The notes under the pieces are model-generated. The model worked only from the letters and a program-made list of their open reading frames with translations. It ran no database searches and was not told the DNA's origin. Of a DNA stretch of 64,000 nucleotides, positions 1-12,683 are shown piece by piece (the first letter of the stretch is position 1; each line of letters starts with the position of its first letter). The position numbers were made by a program, and so were the translations under genes. The DNA is from Hydrolagus colliei. Taxonomy: Eukaryota. The stretch is from contig CM068746.1 in the NCBI GenBank assembly GCA_035084275.1, forward strand, positions 18,786,001-18,850,000, read 5' to 3'.

Positions 1-319
1 CCTTGGAGTGTGGTAGCAATTTGTGTGTAAAAAAGTGGAGCAAATGGATTTCATGCAGTCAAATGATTAAATCGTGTTGCAGTCATCAGCAAGGGTTCAG
101 CTAAGATGGATTTACTTCTGAATCCAATTTAAAAATCAAATTGGAGGTGGGTGGGGGCTGGGGGGCGGTTAGGGTATGTGTGAGTTTTGTTATCTCTCTA
201 AAGAATTATTGCTCGGTTTTCTACTAAAATGGTCCTAACTGCCATATCTATATGGGACTGCTCTTAACTCCAAATGATCAAAATACATATAGGGTGACTG
301 AAAAGAATATACTCTAAAG

Positions 320-463
320 CAAATTGAGTGTATATTTGTGGGCGAAGCAGCCAATTGCGCACAACAGTGTCCCACAAACAGTCGTGGATTGAAGTGACAA
401 AATTATTATTGTTTGTTTTTCACTTGTGAGGCGAGTGCTCTAACTGCTGAGCTACAGGACTCC
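320..463 (-). mobile_element. tRNA-Val-derived SINE (family S1), partial
   Basis: Reverse complement of GGAGTCCTGTAGCTCAG head and CTGTTTGTGGGACACTG body. Confidence 0.85.
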
Positions 464-605
464 TGTATATACTCAGCTGTATATACTGTAATACTTACAA
501 TAGCCATTGTAATGATACCATCACCCTACACATCTCTGGTTTCAAACTGATTGGTATTGCGTCAGCAGAATATTCGGTCTCTTGCTGCCTGAAACAGTGT
601 ATTAC

Positions 606-737
606 CTGTGCCCAAAAAGATCCTGCAAGGATTTCGGCAATTCTGAGTTTCCTCTGGCACCTCACCAGGATTGCTGTGGAAGTGCAGGTAGGTTGATATT
701 CTGCTGGTTTGGATTGCAACCAAGTTACCCCCAATGC
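606..737 (-). CDS. SLC41A2: SLC41A2-like exon 8 (GIGGNLVAIQTSRISTYLHFHSNPGEVPEETQNCRNPCRIFLGT); gene continues beyond left edge
   Basis: 132 nt, TAG|/|GTAAT, phase 1/1; GGNLVAIQ.SRISTYLH conserved in SLC41. Confidence 0.93.
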
Positions 738-2961
738 CTATAAAGAACAGACTGTGAGATGTGCGACAGTGCAGACCTTGTTATTCAATAAAAGAGGTTG
801 CTAGATTGCTTAAAACAATCCAATTTGTTCTAGACAATAAAATACATGTTAACAATGAGCTCTGATTTGTGATATTCACAAAAACATTTGTGGATAGCAT
901 ATCCCGCATATATCTAGATTGGTTGTTGTTTTTGTTGTTGTAGTCTCTCAGGAACTTTTGTAATGCGCTTTGAGAAGCCTCAAGGATCTGATGAGTCTTT
1001 ATAGCAATTGTAAGGATTATTATTATTATATAAAATTATTATATAAAGCTTGCTAATCTCAGTTATTTCATCCACAAAATATTAATAATCCTTGCATTTG
1101 ATATAACGCTTTTCACGTCTTCTTTGCCTAGAACATATGAAATATAAATGAATTGAAAATCAAGGTTTATAGGATTTCTCCATATAATGTCATAATTGTA
1201 TGTTGAATGCTGGGTGCCATTCCATTTAATTTCCCACTGAAATGTTTAAGTGGTCTGCTGTGTACTTATATACAGTGGAGACATACTGCTTTACCAGCTC
1301 CGTGACAGAGGAAATGAGTATGGTTTTCAATGCCAGAGAGCAATCCAGTTTGTATTACAGTGCAGACAGTATTTGCATTCACTGTACAGAACAATGTGCA
1401 CACAGTATTTGAGGGACATGGCAGCCTAGACCAACGCACATCCAGGAGAAGCTGGTTCACTCACTTAGTTACACACCAAAAATAAATCCATCACTAGAGT
1501 GTCTGAAGTTCGATAGTAACTCTAACAAATAGAGTTAACTGCTTATTGAAACTCTTTCAATTCCAATAGGTGCAGGGGGCTACTGCAATATTTATGAGGT
1601 TAGGATCTGAATAAATTACACTGAGATACAAAGTCGCATGCACTCCAGCTCAGAAGAGAGATCCTCTGACTCTAGATGTAATTATTTTACATGGAGGGTG
1701 TTGAAAATAAATGGAGCAGACTGTCTCTAGTGTGATAGTAAATGGAAAATAAAGAGTGAACTGTGAAATGTTCCATCTACTTCCCCACCTGGAGCTGGCA
1801 ACTCCTCCTCTCCTTCCTTTCTCTCTCTCTCTTCTTTTCCACCCCTCCCGTTTCCTTTGGCCACTCCCACCTCCTTTCCTCCCCCTCCCGCTTCATTCCC
1901 AATCCCCTCCTTTCTTCCCCCTCAAACCCTCTTTTCCTCCCCTTTCCCCCTCATTGCCTCTAATTTTTCCCCCAACCTCTTTTCCTCCCACTCTCACCCC
2001 CACACGCCCCCCTCATAAACCCACCTTCAGGGGATGCTGTTGGAATCCTCAACTTTGTGCATGGCAAACCTCATCAGGTGGGGAGTCCAGCACATCTATT
2101 CTCTATCTCTTTATAATGACTTTTTGCTGGAAGATTTTTATTGTATACCAAGTCTTGAAAATCTATCAGGCCCCGGAGACCCAACAACACACACCTTAAA
2201 CGATTCCAGTACAACCATCATTACAAGAACCGGCCTGACCCATCAGACCTGGACAACTAATTGCGTTGCTCAGGGCTGCGGATTTCCATTTGAAGTATCA
2301 AATAGCGAACAGCACCAGTTCGGAGCAGCAGGTTGTCAATATGCCTAATTACCGCAATGACGCACCCTAGAGCAATATAAATACTCTGCTACCTTATTGC
2401 GTTCAGCAACTGCTTTCACAAAGAACCTCTTCTGCAGCTACCCTGCAAGGGTCATGCTCAAGTTCAAAGCCTCCATTCCTTCCCCCTTCCCCCCCACCAC
2501 CATCACCAAAAAAATAGATCGGCTCCAGACAAACAGTCCAAACTCTAATCACTGCATTTAATGATGCTGCAAATTTATCACAGGGCAGGCAGGAAAAACA
2601 AGACGTCTGGTTTTATAAATGTTAAACAGTTTTACATACAGCGCTGCAGGAGAGTGACTGTTCTGCATTTAATTCTCAACAAACGATGGCACTTTTGCCC
2701 TCCAAGGAACCAATTTACAACTGGGCCCCTAAATGGAACGATCTATCACAGATAAGAATGACATTTATTGTGGCCCAGTGGCTGAACAGGATTATCCAGT
2801 GAGGAGTTGAGCCAAACAGCCCGTGAAGGTCCTAGCTTGGGTTTCCGTTCCGTGCTGAGTTAGCAGATATCAGCCAAGGAAGTAGCGATGAGATATAATT
2901 GACTTTAGCAGTGTTGGTTTGAGAAGGGTCTTTACAACTGATTACTGTCCCCTGTTGTATA

Positions 2962-3135
2962 TAATAACAATCCTCGCTTCTGATACTGTATAGCGCTTTG
3001 TCACCTCTGCGAAGCGTCTCAAAGTGCTTCACAGAATAAGTGTATTGACTGTATACTTTGTGGGCAGCCCAATTGAACACACAGCAGTGTCCCACAAACA
3101 GTCATGGATTGAGTGACCAAATTATTGCTATTTTT
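2962..3135 (-). mobile_element. SINE S1, 3' half
   Basis: Body and tail match other copies. Confidence 0.8.
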
Positions 3136-3171
3136 CTTAAAGAATGCATGGTGTGGCTTATTGAGAGAATT

Positions 3172-3860
3172 CAACAACAACAACTTCGATTTATATAGCG
3201 GCCTCCATGCTGGACGGCGTCTCAGAGCGCTTCACAATAGCGGATCCTGGGACCGAGCCAGGGGCAGGGGTAGAAAGGTGACCAAAGGCGCGGTCGAAGA
3301 GAAAGGTCGTTAGCTGGGACCTGAAACTGAGAAAAGAGGGGGCAAGACGAAGGCAGTGAGGAAGGGAATTCCAGAGTCTCAGGGCTTGGTGGTTGAAGGC
3401 CTGGCCGCCGAGGGTGGAGCGAAGGATTCAGGGACATGGAGGAGACCAGACCCAGTGGAGCAAAGGCAATGGGAGCTGGGTTGAGGAGAGAGGAGGTCAG
3501 AGAGGTAGTGGGGTGCAGAGGAGTGGAGGGATTTGAAAACAAGGGTGAGGATCTTGAAGTCGATTCTCTCTGGGATAGGGAGCCAGTGAAGTCTGGCAAG
3601 GACTGGGGTAATGGGGGAGCAAAGTTTGGTACGGGTGAGTATGCGGGCGGCAGAGTTTTGGATGAGTTGGATTTTATGGATTGTGGTGGAGAGGAGACTG
3701 GTGAGGAGGGATTTGAATAGTCCAGCCATGAGGTGATGAAGGCATGGCCCAGGGTTTCAGCGGCTTTTGGGGTAAGGTATTGCCGGAGATGGGCAATCCG
3801 TCGGAGGTGGAAGAAGGCGGTGCTGATGAGGGACCTGTTGTGGTGGAGGAAGGACAGTTG
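3172..3860 (-). mobile_element. L2-clade LINE 3' end (ORF2 C-terminus, 3'UTR, (GTT)n tail)
   Basis: ORF 3379-3729 IQLIQNSAARILTRTK..PITPVLARLHWLPIPERIDFKIL...APHYLSDLL is the typical L2 ORF2 C-terminus; tail GTGAAGCGCTCTGAGACG...GCTATATAAATCGAAG(TTG)n. Confidence 0.9.
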
Positions 3861-5094
3861 ATATCACTGATGCCTCAAATATTAACACTCTTCTTGGAAA
3901 CAGTTTATTTTGGGGAGAAGAATGCTCATCTTATTTTAGGACCTTCCCAATCTATTGGGTTCCAGTAACCAAGAATTTAAGGTAGGCTGTAACCCCTAAC
4001 AGTCAAAGACAGGTATGGGCAAAGTTTCTAATGATAATCAATAATAATAATAATCCTCGCATTTGATATGGTGCCTTATCACATCAACAAGATGTCTCAA
4101 AGTGCTTCACTGTAAAGTAATTCTGACTGTGTATAATGAGGGCAAAATACCTCACCACTGGGGAACTCACCCTGCAATGTAAATAGATTGAATTCCATGA
4201 CAGGATTTTACTTGAAGCAGGTCTGGAATAGAAAGAGGGCATTATTGGGTTTTACTGCATTTAGCTGAATGTCCCATTAAAATGGAGGAAAGTTTGTTGT
4301 CGGGTTAACCTGCTAAGGAGGCATCTCCAAACAAACCATTGCAGTGTAAACTTGCTCTGTATGTACACAGATAAATAAATCCTTGTCTCCCAGCACAGAT
4401 ATCACACCAGTGAATTGAGCAGACTGGAACTCCACCACACAAGTTGAGAGAAATTTGCAGAATTTATCAAATGGAGCCCAGCGCTTCGCCATGAGAAGAA
4501 ATTCACCATGTGGACCACATAGCGTAGAGTAACCTCCTCCCTGATCTGTCAATACTACTAGGATATAATCAAATTGACCGCTCTTCAAATACATTGACAG
4601 TGACAAGTCAACCGTTTCTATGGCTTTTTTCCAGAAAGGAACAACTTATTGGTGGAAAGAATGGCTCTGATGTGGGGCTGTGTGTGTGTGTGTGTGTGAG
4701 AGTGAGTGAGTGCATGTATCTGTGTGTTGATACTGCATTTATACTGCTGGAGTGAAGCTGCTTCTCTCCTGTTGGTACACTATAGTATTGTGTGATTTTT
4801 ATACTGCACATTTTGCTTTTTGATGAGGTTAAAAGTGCTGCATTCAAGCTCACAGAGAGTCCAAAAGACAGGCCTGGGAGCAATCAGTAAGTGAGCAATT
4901 CTAATGTGAAAACTATCGACTACGTTTATACACGTTATTCAAATGTACTACTGACCTATGCTAAATAATGTAAATCTCCATTCCTGAATCTATCTCCTCA
5001 TTTACTTAACACGTTTGGGGCTAAATTGCTGTCAAATTTTCTGACGAAAGAGCAAAGAGAATGGAAGTTAGTCTCTCTTTTTCTGTTGATGGTT

Positions 5095-5335
5095 ACAGGA
5101 CAAAACCTTGGGCATGTTTCCATACTTCACACACCTGATAATAATCCCTTGAAAAAAAACAATAATAAATTGGGTCATTTCAATCCACAACTGTTTGTGG
5201 ACACTGCTGTGGCTGCCACATTTCTCCCACAAATATACAGTCAATTCACTTTACAGTATATTCTGTGAAGAGCTTTGAGACGTCTGGAAGAAAAGCTGAA
5301 AACCACTGTATCAAATGCAAGGATTATTATTATTA
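5095..5335 (+). mobile_element. SINE S1, 5'-truncated
   Basis: AAACCTTGGGCATGTTTCC...CTGTTTGTGGACACTGCTGTG...AAATGCAAGG(ATT)n. Confidence 0.85.
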
Positions 5336-7244
5336 TGTTATTACATATTCCATGTGATTATTCAAAAGAGATGAGTGTTTTCCCTTATATCCTAACCAAC
5401 AATCCTCAGTATAAATAGTGGTCATTAACTTGAATGCTTTTGGGGGACATGGCGGTGTGCAAATTGATTGCTGTGTTCACCTACAAATACATCTTCACTG
5501 CACTTTACAAAAAAAACACTGAATAGTTTTACTATGTTTGGACATATTAAGCTGCTCTTGAAATGCTAGTTAGCTAAGAACAAAATGCGATTTGTGAGCA
5601 ATGGGTAAAGATTTATCATTGCACAGACCATTCATGTTTCCTGTTGACTGTTTTGTAGCAGTGGACAGAATCTTAATTGATTGAGAACTCCTTTGCACGA
5701 TTGTCATGTGTGTGTGGGTGTGTGTGAACAGAAACAAAGGGGTGATTCTCTGCCTGTCAGTATATTTACAGACCCTGCCAGTGTGAGTTTATGGTAGGAT
5801 TTCCCCCCCTTATAAACTTAAGCCACCACTGCCTGTAAATTTATAGACCGGCAGAGAATATAATGTTCTCACCCACCATGGTTCATAAATTTATTGAAAA
5901 CAAGTTAATTACTCCCAAGGTTTTTGTAGCACAGCAGTATAACAGTAGACAACTACTATTCGTATTGAGGCAAACTTGGACCTGGAGAATTGGATCAAAC
6001 ATTTGAGTTGTTAATTGTTTTTGTAATTTTAAGGCCACCTTGAGTTCCACAGAAATGAACTGAATGTTGTTGGTTTGCACATGTTAATGCAAATGCAGTC
6101 AGCAAATTTAATCTGCCTCGGATAATCTTTCTATTCTTCTTCTCTCACTGAATGGCTCATCCAAATGTTTTGCATTTCAAGTTACTATTTTCCTGCATGT
6201 TGTTTGAGCAAAATACAATAAGCTCCGATCAATTGGTCACTCCAAGCAAAAGAGGCTCAGTGATGTGGCGAGTTAGGTGCATGTATAAATGCAGAAATAA
6301 ATGCGACCTGGGATATTGACTGTATGATGACATAATTAAGCCAGGGTTGAGTGATCAGGATTGTTTGCTGTAACAAATGGAGGATAACCTAGAATGATTG
6401 GTACGTTAAAAGCATATGAATAACCAAACTGAACATTGCCCTCACTCTCGAATTTCACCCCTTATCTCTCAGCTCCTGACTATGGGCTTATAGCCCTTCA
6501 CCATTCTTCCTTCAGGAATCTGAACATTGGCACATGAGTGGGGCGCAATGTTCAACCAAGAGGCTGCTGCACTTTCAATGTCAAAAGCATTTACTTCCAG
6601 CAGGGATCACTGGAAAGCTATTAGGAGTGAGACCTTGTCAAATTTTTCGCTTCCCTCATCATACAATGCTGAGGTCAATAATGGTGCTGCACATATCACT
6701 CCTTGCTAAGATTGAGTGTCATCAATCAATCGAATCAAAGACCTTCCTGTTTTGTATACGACACAATCTATTCATAATAATCTTGAATTTATAGTGACTC
6801 TAATGTTAAAATATATCAAAGCATTTCAGAGGTAATTACTGTTAAATGTGACTGGACAACTATAGCGGAACTGAGTAGCATTCGTCACAAAGTAAGTGCC
6901 CACAACAACAACAAAATTACATTTGTCTTGTGCCTTTCACGTCGGGAGGATGTCCCAAAGAACCATGAGATGAATAACCAATTTATCTGGAGGATTGATG
7001 GCCAGGATCCTGTGGGAAAACTTCCTTCCCTTTTTGAATAGTGTCATGGTATCTGCAATATCTGCCCTGAAAGGCAGACTTAAATTTTATTTAAAATTTC
7101 ATTTGAAGTACGTCACCTCCAACAATGCAATACCATCAGTATTAACCTCACTTCCAACTACATGAACATGTTATTAAATATGTGACCCAACAATAAAACT
7201 GAGCCTCAAGAGCAAGACAATGAAAGGAAATATTCATAGCTTAC

Positions 7245-7324
7245 CATTGATAACTGGGCTAAACACAACCATACCAGCGAAATTTGGATCCGACACAGTT
7301 TTGCCCAGTATAAGGCCACCCAGG
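7245..7324 (-). CDS. SLC41A2: SLC41A2-like exon 7 ([28 protein letters not shown])
   Basis: 80 nt, TTTCAG|/|GTAAG, phase 2/1; start of the second PX6GN motif (PVING). Confidence 0.93.
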
Positions 7325-8126
7325 CTGAAACACATCAAAGTAACATGTTAAAGCACCTGTGTTAGTAAGAGCTCACTGGAAAACCTCTTCAAAAATCTTA
7401 ACCACAAGCAGGAAACAACATGATCAGATCTTTTTCAAGTAACAGATGGAAAATTGTTTTTTCCAGTTTGTATATTGTAATTGGGATGATTGTTCTGAAG
7501 TTGATTGGGTTGATTTTTTTTGAATGCCTTAGCAAGCGAAAAAGCAAACCACCGTTGCTTAGAAGGTTGTAATTACACGACAGTCTCTGGAGTGGAATTG
7601 TTTTCATACTTAACCGTGTGATCACAAATTACCAGGTTTGAAGATCTTAATAAATAGATAAATAAAATACTTTAATAAAAGGTGAATCATTCAATCCCCA
7701 TCATTTTTAGCTGCATTTACTTCAAAACCATGGCTTTACAATATACAGCATCTCACCTTTCCTCGGGTGAAAAGGGGCATGTAGGGGACCTGATCCATGG
7801 CTTTGGACAATAGTCCATTACTACCACTTGTAGTGGCGAGGGGAGAGCTCAAGAGGAACCCAGAGTGATTCACCTTCGTGATTATCCCTCTCCTTCTGAA
7901 GGGCAGTCCAATGCTGTTTAACATTGGACAATCACCTCGCAGCTCATGCCACTTCCTCTCTGGAGGAAGGAGGGGACGTAAGGAAACATCACAGACAGAG
8001 CCATTGCTGGGCTCTAGTTGGTTACCCACTTTCAAGTGTGGTCAGCCAAGCCTTTTCCTTTCTACTAATGGCGCACATCAAAATAGGCTATTTCTCCATA
8101 CACTTTTTGGTTGTTTAAATGCTCAC

Positions 8127-8274
8127 CTGCTAATTCCCATGGCTGTAATGATGGGTTCCCAACCAGAACAAAGCACTTGCTTGGTAGCTGGATGCTTAAG
8201 AGATAGCACAATCCACATAGGTGTCAGGGCCAGAAAAAAGGCACATACTAACACAGACATATAAGGCCGAGTAT
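8127..8274 (-). CDS. SLC41A2: SLC41A2-like exon 6 (DTRPYMSVLVCAFFLALTPMWIVLSLKHPATKQVLCSGWEPIITAMGIS)
   Basis: 148 nt, TAG|/|GTGAG, phase 1/2; KHPAT..VL.SGWEP.ITAM.ISS conserved in SLC41. Confidence 0.95.
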
Positions 8275-8502
8275 CTATGAGGACAAAACATATGGTTATC
8301 AAAGGATGAAATACTTCCAACCAAGTGACAATTTATATACGATGAACTGGCACAGAATTACTCAGGTGGTTCTATTATTTTGTAATGTTCAATAAGTTAT
8401 AATATTACTACACTAATCAGTTTTAAATTAACATTACACAATTATTGTAGTGATTTCCAATACTTCCAATAATCTGACAAGATTTAAACACTAGTTTCAA
8501 CT

Positions 8503-9018
8503 ACAATAATAATAATCCTTGCATTTGATAGTGTTTTTCATGTCTTCTAGACGTCTTAAAGCGCATCACAGAATGCACTGTAAAGTGAATTGACTGTATA
8601 TTTGTGGGAGAAATGTGGCAGCTGATTATGCACAGCAGTGTCCCACAAACAGTCGTTGATTGAAATGACCAATTTACAGTGAAAGCCCGTTTATCCAGCA
8701 CCCGATCAACCGTAACTTCCATATAACTGGCATCTAAACAAAAAAGTCCGCATTGGATTAACCGGAATTTATCTGGGAAAATGCATTATTTATTTATTGC
8801 GTTTTTGGCCGAATATCCGGCACGTGCTTTAACCGGCATTGGCCAGGTCCTGAGGGTGCTGGATAAACAGGCTTTTACTGTATTTGGTATGAAGAAATGA
8901 GGGATGATTATTATTAGGTGCAAGGAAACTTGCCCAAGGTTTCGTCCTGGCTTAAATTGAACCAAGGTCTCTCGCTTATGAGACAAGTGCTCTGACTACT
9001 GAACTACAGGACTCCACA
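8503..9018 (-). mobile_element. SINE S1, full length, split by MITE at 8677-8880
   Basis: Tail at 8503, head ...CTACAGGACTCCAC at ~9018; halves are colinear across the MITE. Confidence 0.9.
8677..8880. mobile_element. Tc1/mariner-superfamily (pogo-like) MITE family A, inserted in a SINE
   Basis: TIRs CAGTGAAAGCCCGTTTATCCAGCACCC / GGGTGCTGGATAAACAGGCTTTTACTG, TA target duplication. Confidence 0.9.
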
Positions 9019-9176
9019 ATGGTTAATTCTGGAAGCTGTATGGTCTCAATGGATAGATGCATATCATCTCAACACACAGCTGTGGGGACTGAACGTTGGA
9101 CACAGGAAAAATGGGTTCGGGATAAACAAATACGCTGGTTTTGAATTCAGACAGACGTGATGTGCAGCAATAAGCA

Positions 9177-9206
9177 AGTGTTGCCCTCTAGTGTTGTAAA
9201 ATGCAA
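9177..9206 (-). promoter_or_regulatory. Candidate CTCF site with upstream motif
   Basis: Minus strand TTGCATTTTACAACACTAGAGGGCAACAC resembles core CCASYAGRKGGCRS preceded by a TGCA upstream module. Motif match only. Confidence 0.4.
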
Positions 9207-10077
9207 CACCTGTCTACAAGATGACTGGGAAAGTTGACATTGCTTAAAAAATGTCACACAGTACATGTAATACAGTGGAACAGATTATGGCACTTTTTTT
9301 CCACAGGCAAACTCATCCCTGAGATGATAATTTCTGCATCACCAACCTATCATTTGTGGTTGAATAATACATTAGCTGGAAAAAAAACAGAGCTGTATCT
9401 GAAGGGACGTTTATATAAATAATTACAGGATTTAATAACTAGTTTGCCAATAGCTGATGTAGAACAATATCCTGTTTGGGGAGTTTAGAAAGATTTTGAA
9501 TTAAGGTATTTATTCTCAGCAAGTGCTTGTCGGAGAAAATTACGAGGTGACAACAACAACAGTTTACATTTACATACTTCCTTTCACATCGGGTAAATGT
9601 TTCAAATAGTTTTATGTTTGAGTGTGTTGTGATAGATGCTTTGCAATATAATAAGAAAACATATTAGCTTTACAGGAAGATGATTATTAAGAGAATCATG
9701 TAGATAGTTGAGCGTATGTGTACACACACACACAATTAAGTCAGGTTTCTGCAAGTGTTCTCCCTTATTGCAAACACTCCCCAAATTGCTAACTGATGAG
9801 AGAATTTCAGTAGTTACTTTAGCTTTAGATTTATGGATGAAAAGATAGCAAGAGAGCACGGTACAAGCTGAGGTGGATAAGATAACGGGAGGAGTTGAAT
9901 AACAACTCCCTACAACCCTGGCCTTCAGATTGTCTATTTCTCCACATCCCTTCTGGACAATATCCAAGTGATCCATTAGCTGAGTTAGTTATGATGAGGT
10001 GCAGATGGGAGAACAGGAATAACAACCCCAATTAAGGAGGTGCAAAAGGGTATAAGACATGGATCTTTTGTAGTGAA

Positions 10078-10282
10078 TGTTAGAGCGCTCTCCAGAACGT
10101 TTGCCAGGGCGACAAAGAACCAACAACAAAACTCGCCTGGTAGTATTGTTCTGTTCATGTTTGTAACGTTTTGTAGTGTATTCGCATATTATTCACAATA
10201 AAACTGCTTCAGCCAATACGGTATCATCAGTTATTTCGGAACGTAAAGAGTTAAGATCAGTGCACGGGTCTTTTCTCTAACA
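10078..10282 (+). mobile_element. Probable solo LTR (~205 bp)
   Basis: Begins TGTTAGAG and ends CTCTAACA (8-bp inverted termini, TG...CA); internal AATAAA; CpG-richer than flanks; imperfect flanking duplication AGTGAA/AGTGTT. Confidence 0.6.
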
Positions 10283-12464
10283 AGTGTTACATTTGAGAAC
10301 TTACGCAAAATGTAAAGCTTTAGAGGAACAAGTTAGGTTCCAGAGAAGCAATAAGAAAACTAATATCAATTAACGGAGGAACATTAAGAAAGGGTATGAC
10401 ACAGAGAAGGAAAATAAAATAATAAATGATATAGGAATAGAAGGTAAAAGAAACAGATCAGGGAAATTAGTAAATAAAAGATAGAGATGAAAAATGCAAG
10501 TGTTGTGGAGAAAACAGAACAATGTGAATAGATTTGTAGGTTGAACTCAGCTCAAGGTGAGCATGAGATTGGTCTTCAGCAATGATAGTATCTGGATCAG
10601 TGACTCTGAAATAAATCCTTTCTTATTCATGCTGCTCCGATCATCCAGAAGAATGAACCACAAAGTTCATTTGTGACTTCCCTATACGAATGTTTCATTT
10701 TCCTCTTCTCTCTCCCAACCATTTTCTATGTGACTTAACTCCTGCTCATTTTTTTTTACGAAACTGAAAGCAGGAATGGAACAATTCATTGTTTTAGGAG
10801 AACAATTAGTTCATCTACAAAACACACACTTGCAACACTTTCCAGTAGATCTTTTGTAGTGCTTTGAGGGAAAATATCCGATGGGGAAGGCGCTATATTG
10901 CCAACAAAATACACAGTCAATTCACTTTACACTATATTCTGTGAAGCACCTTGAGACGTCTTGAAGCCGTGATACACTACATCAAATGCAATGATTATTA
11001 TTATTATTATTATTACATCAACCACAAGGATTATTATCACCACAAATATATAAAAACAGATTTGGGTGTGAAATTCTTACGCTGAAACCTTTTTAAAAAC
11101 ACTGACATCACTCACCAGGGATAACAACTGAGATTCAAGTTACTGAAATATGGTCTCCACCCTGAGCGCTTGTTCTTTTAAAGAAATTCAGGACACGGGA
11201 AGCATTCTGCCAGTACTATAGAAGCCACTTTACACAATGTGGGGTAGAAGTTCCACCCAGGGCTACATTTACTCTACTTCTTTAACGCTTCAAAATGTTT
11301 AGAATTTGATACATTTTGAAGCTTTTTTAAAAAAACCCCACAAAGAATGATATATTGATTATAAATGGCAAGTTTAAAGTTTGATAAACTTTTATTGTCA
11401 ATGGGAATGGGACTGATTTGTTGCAGGTTATATACAGATGAATAATAAGTGGAAAGAAGTCATATGCACTGCGAGACTTGCTTAGTTAAATTGCAAAATA
11501 TTTAAAGGGTATTGAGGTCTCTCCCCCCCCTCGCTCTCTACATCTACCGACCGCTCACAAACACTATACACTTTACATTTAAAATCAATTAAAATAAAAC
11601 ATTCTCGGAGAGAGTTCTCAGCCGTCCACCTAGATTCAATCCCCCCTCCCCTCTCCCTCCCCAAACAGAGAGAGAGGGACAGAGAGAGAGGCGGGGGGAG
11701 AGGGACAGAGAGGGTGGGGAAGTGGGGGGGGAGATGGGGGCGACGTATGACTGGCATTGGGTTAAACCCAGGACTTGTGAAGGAGACCAAAAATGAAAGA
11801 CCCATGACTATACTAACCTTCAAATGTTGTGATGTCTTTCAAAGAGTCTTTTCAACTTTAATAATTTAAAAACAAATTGATTCAGCAAAGCACAGGATGA
11901 ATAATTTCGTTATTCTATTTCCACATGCAAATTGAATTTTCTTCTATAGAAGCTGATCACATCTTGAATTCAGCCCATGTGGATATGATGAAATTCTCTA
12001 CTCCCTGCTGATTTTATGGTTCCACTCAAGATGAGATCAAGCAGTCCACAAAGGTTGACAATTTTGCACAACTAACAGCATCAAACTGCCCATAACTTAG
12101 AGTCAGCCTTGAGACTATATACAAAGATGTGATAAGCTGCTTTATCAAATGCAAGGATAATTATTATTATTGATTCAGCCAGGTTCAGCAGTAGGGCTGG
12201 GGCACAGGAAAGACTGATGTAGCTGGGAATTACTTTCTGCGGTGGTATTAAAAGTGTATTGTTGAGGCAGAGTAAACACTACTTCACTCTAAATCTGCCC
12301 ATGCTCCACATTAAACTGAAAATACATTAACCCTGGTTGCAAACGAGTGGGAAAGAGCTCTATTTCCAAGAATACTGGCACCCCATTCTTACACTTGAGA
12401 AACAAGTGTAAAAATGGGGTGCCAGTATTCTGATAATAGAAAGATGATAATAATCCTTCCATAT

Positions 12465-12683
12465 AAACGCAATAATAAAATTGTTCATTTCAATCCATGA
12501 TTGTTTGTGGGACACAACAACAAAATTACATTTGCTTTTTTTTAACGGCACTGTTGTGTGCAATTGGCTGCTGTGCTTTGCCCACAAATATACAGTCAAT
12601 TCACTTTACAGTATATTCTGTGAAGGGCTTTGAGATATCTAGAAGAAGTGAAAAGTGCTATATTAAATGCAAGGATTATTATT
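12465..12683 (+). mobile_element. SINE S1, 3' two-thirds
   Basis: Matches family body and tail. Confidence 0.85.

Noticed and set aside
1756-2199. 147-aa Pro/Phe/Leu-rich ORF
   Set aside because: Translation of a CT-rich low-complexity tract, probably part of an old repeat.
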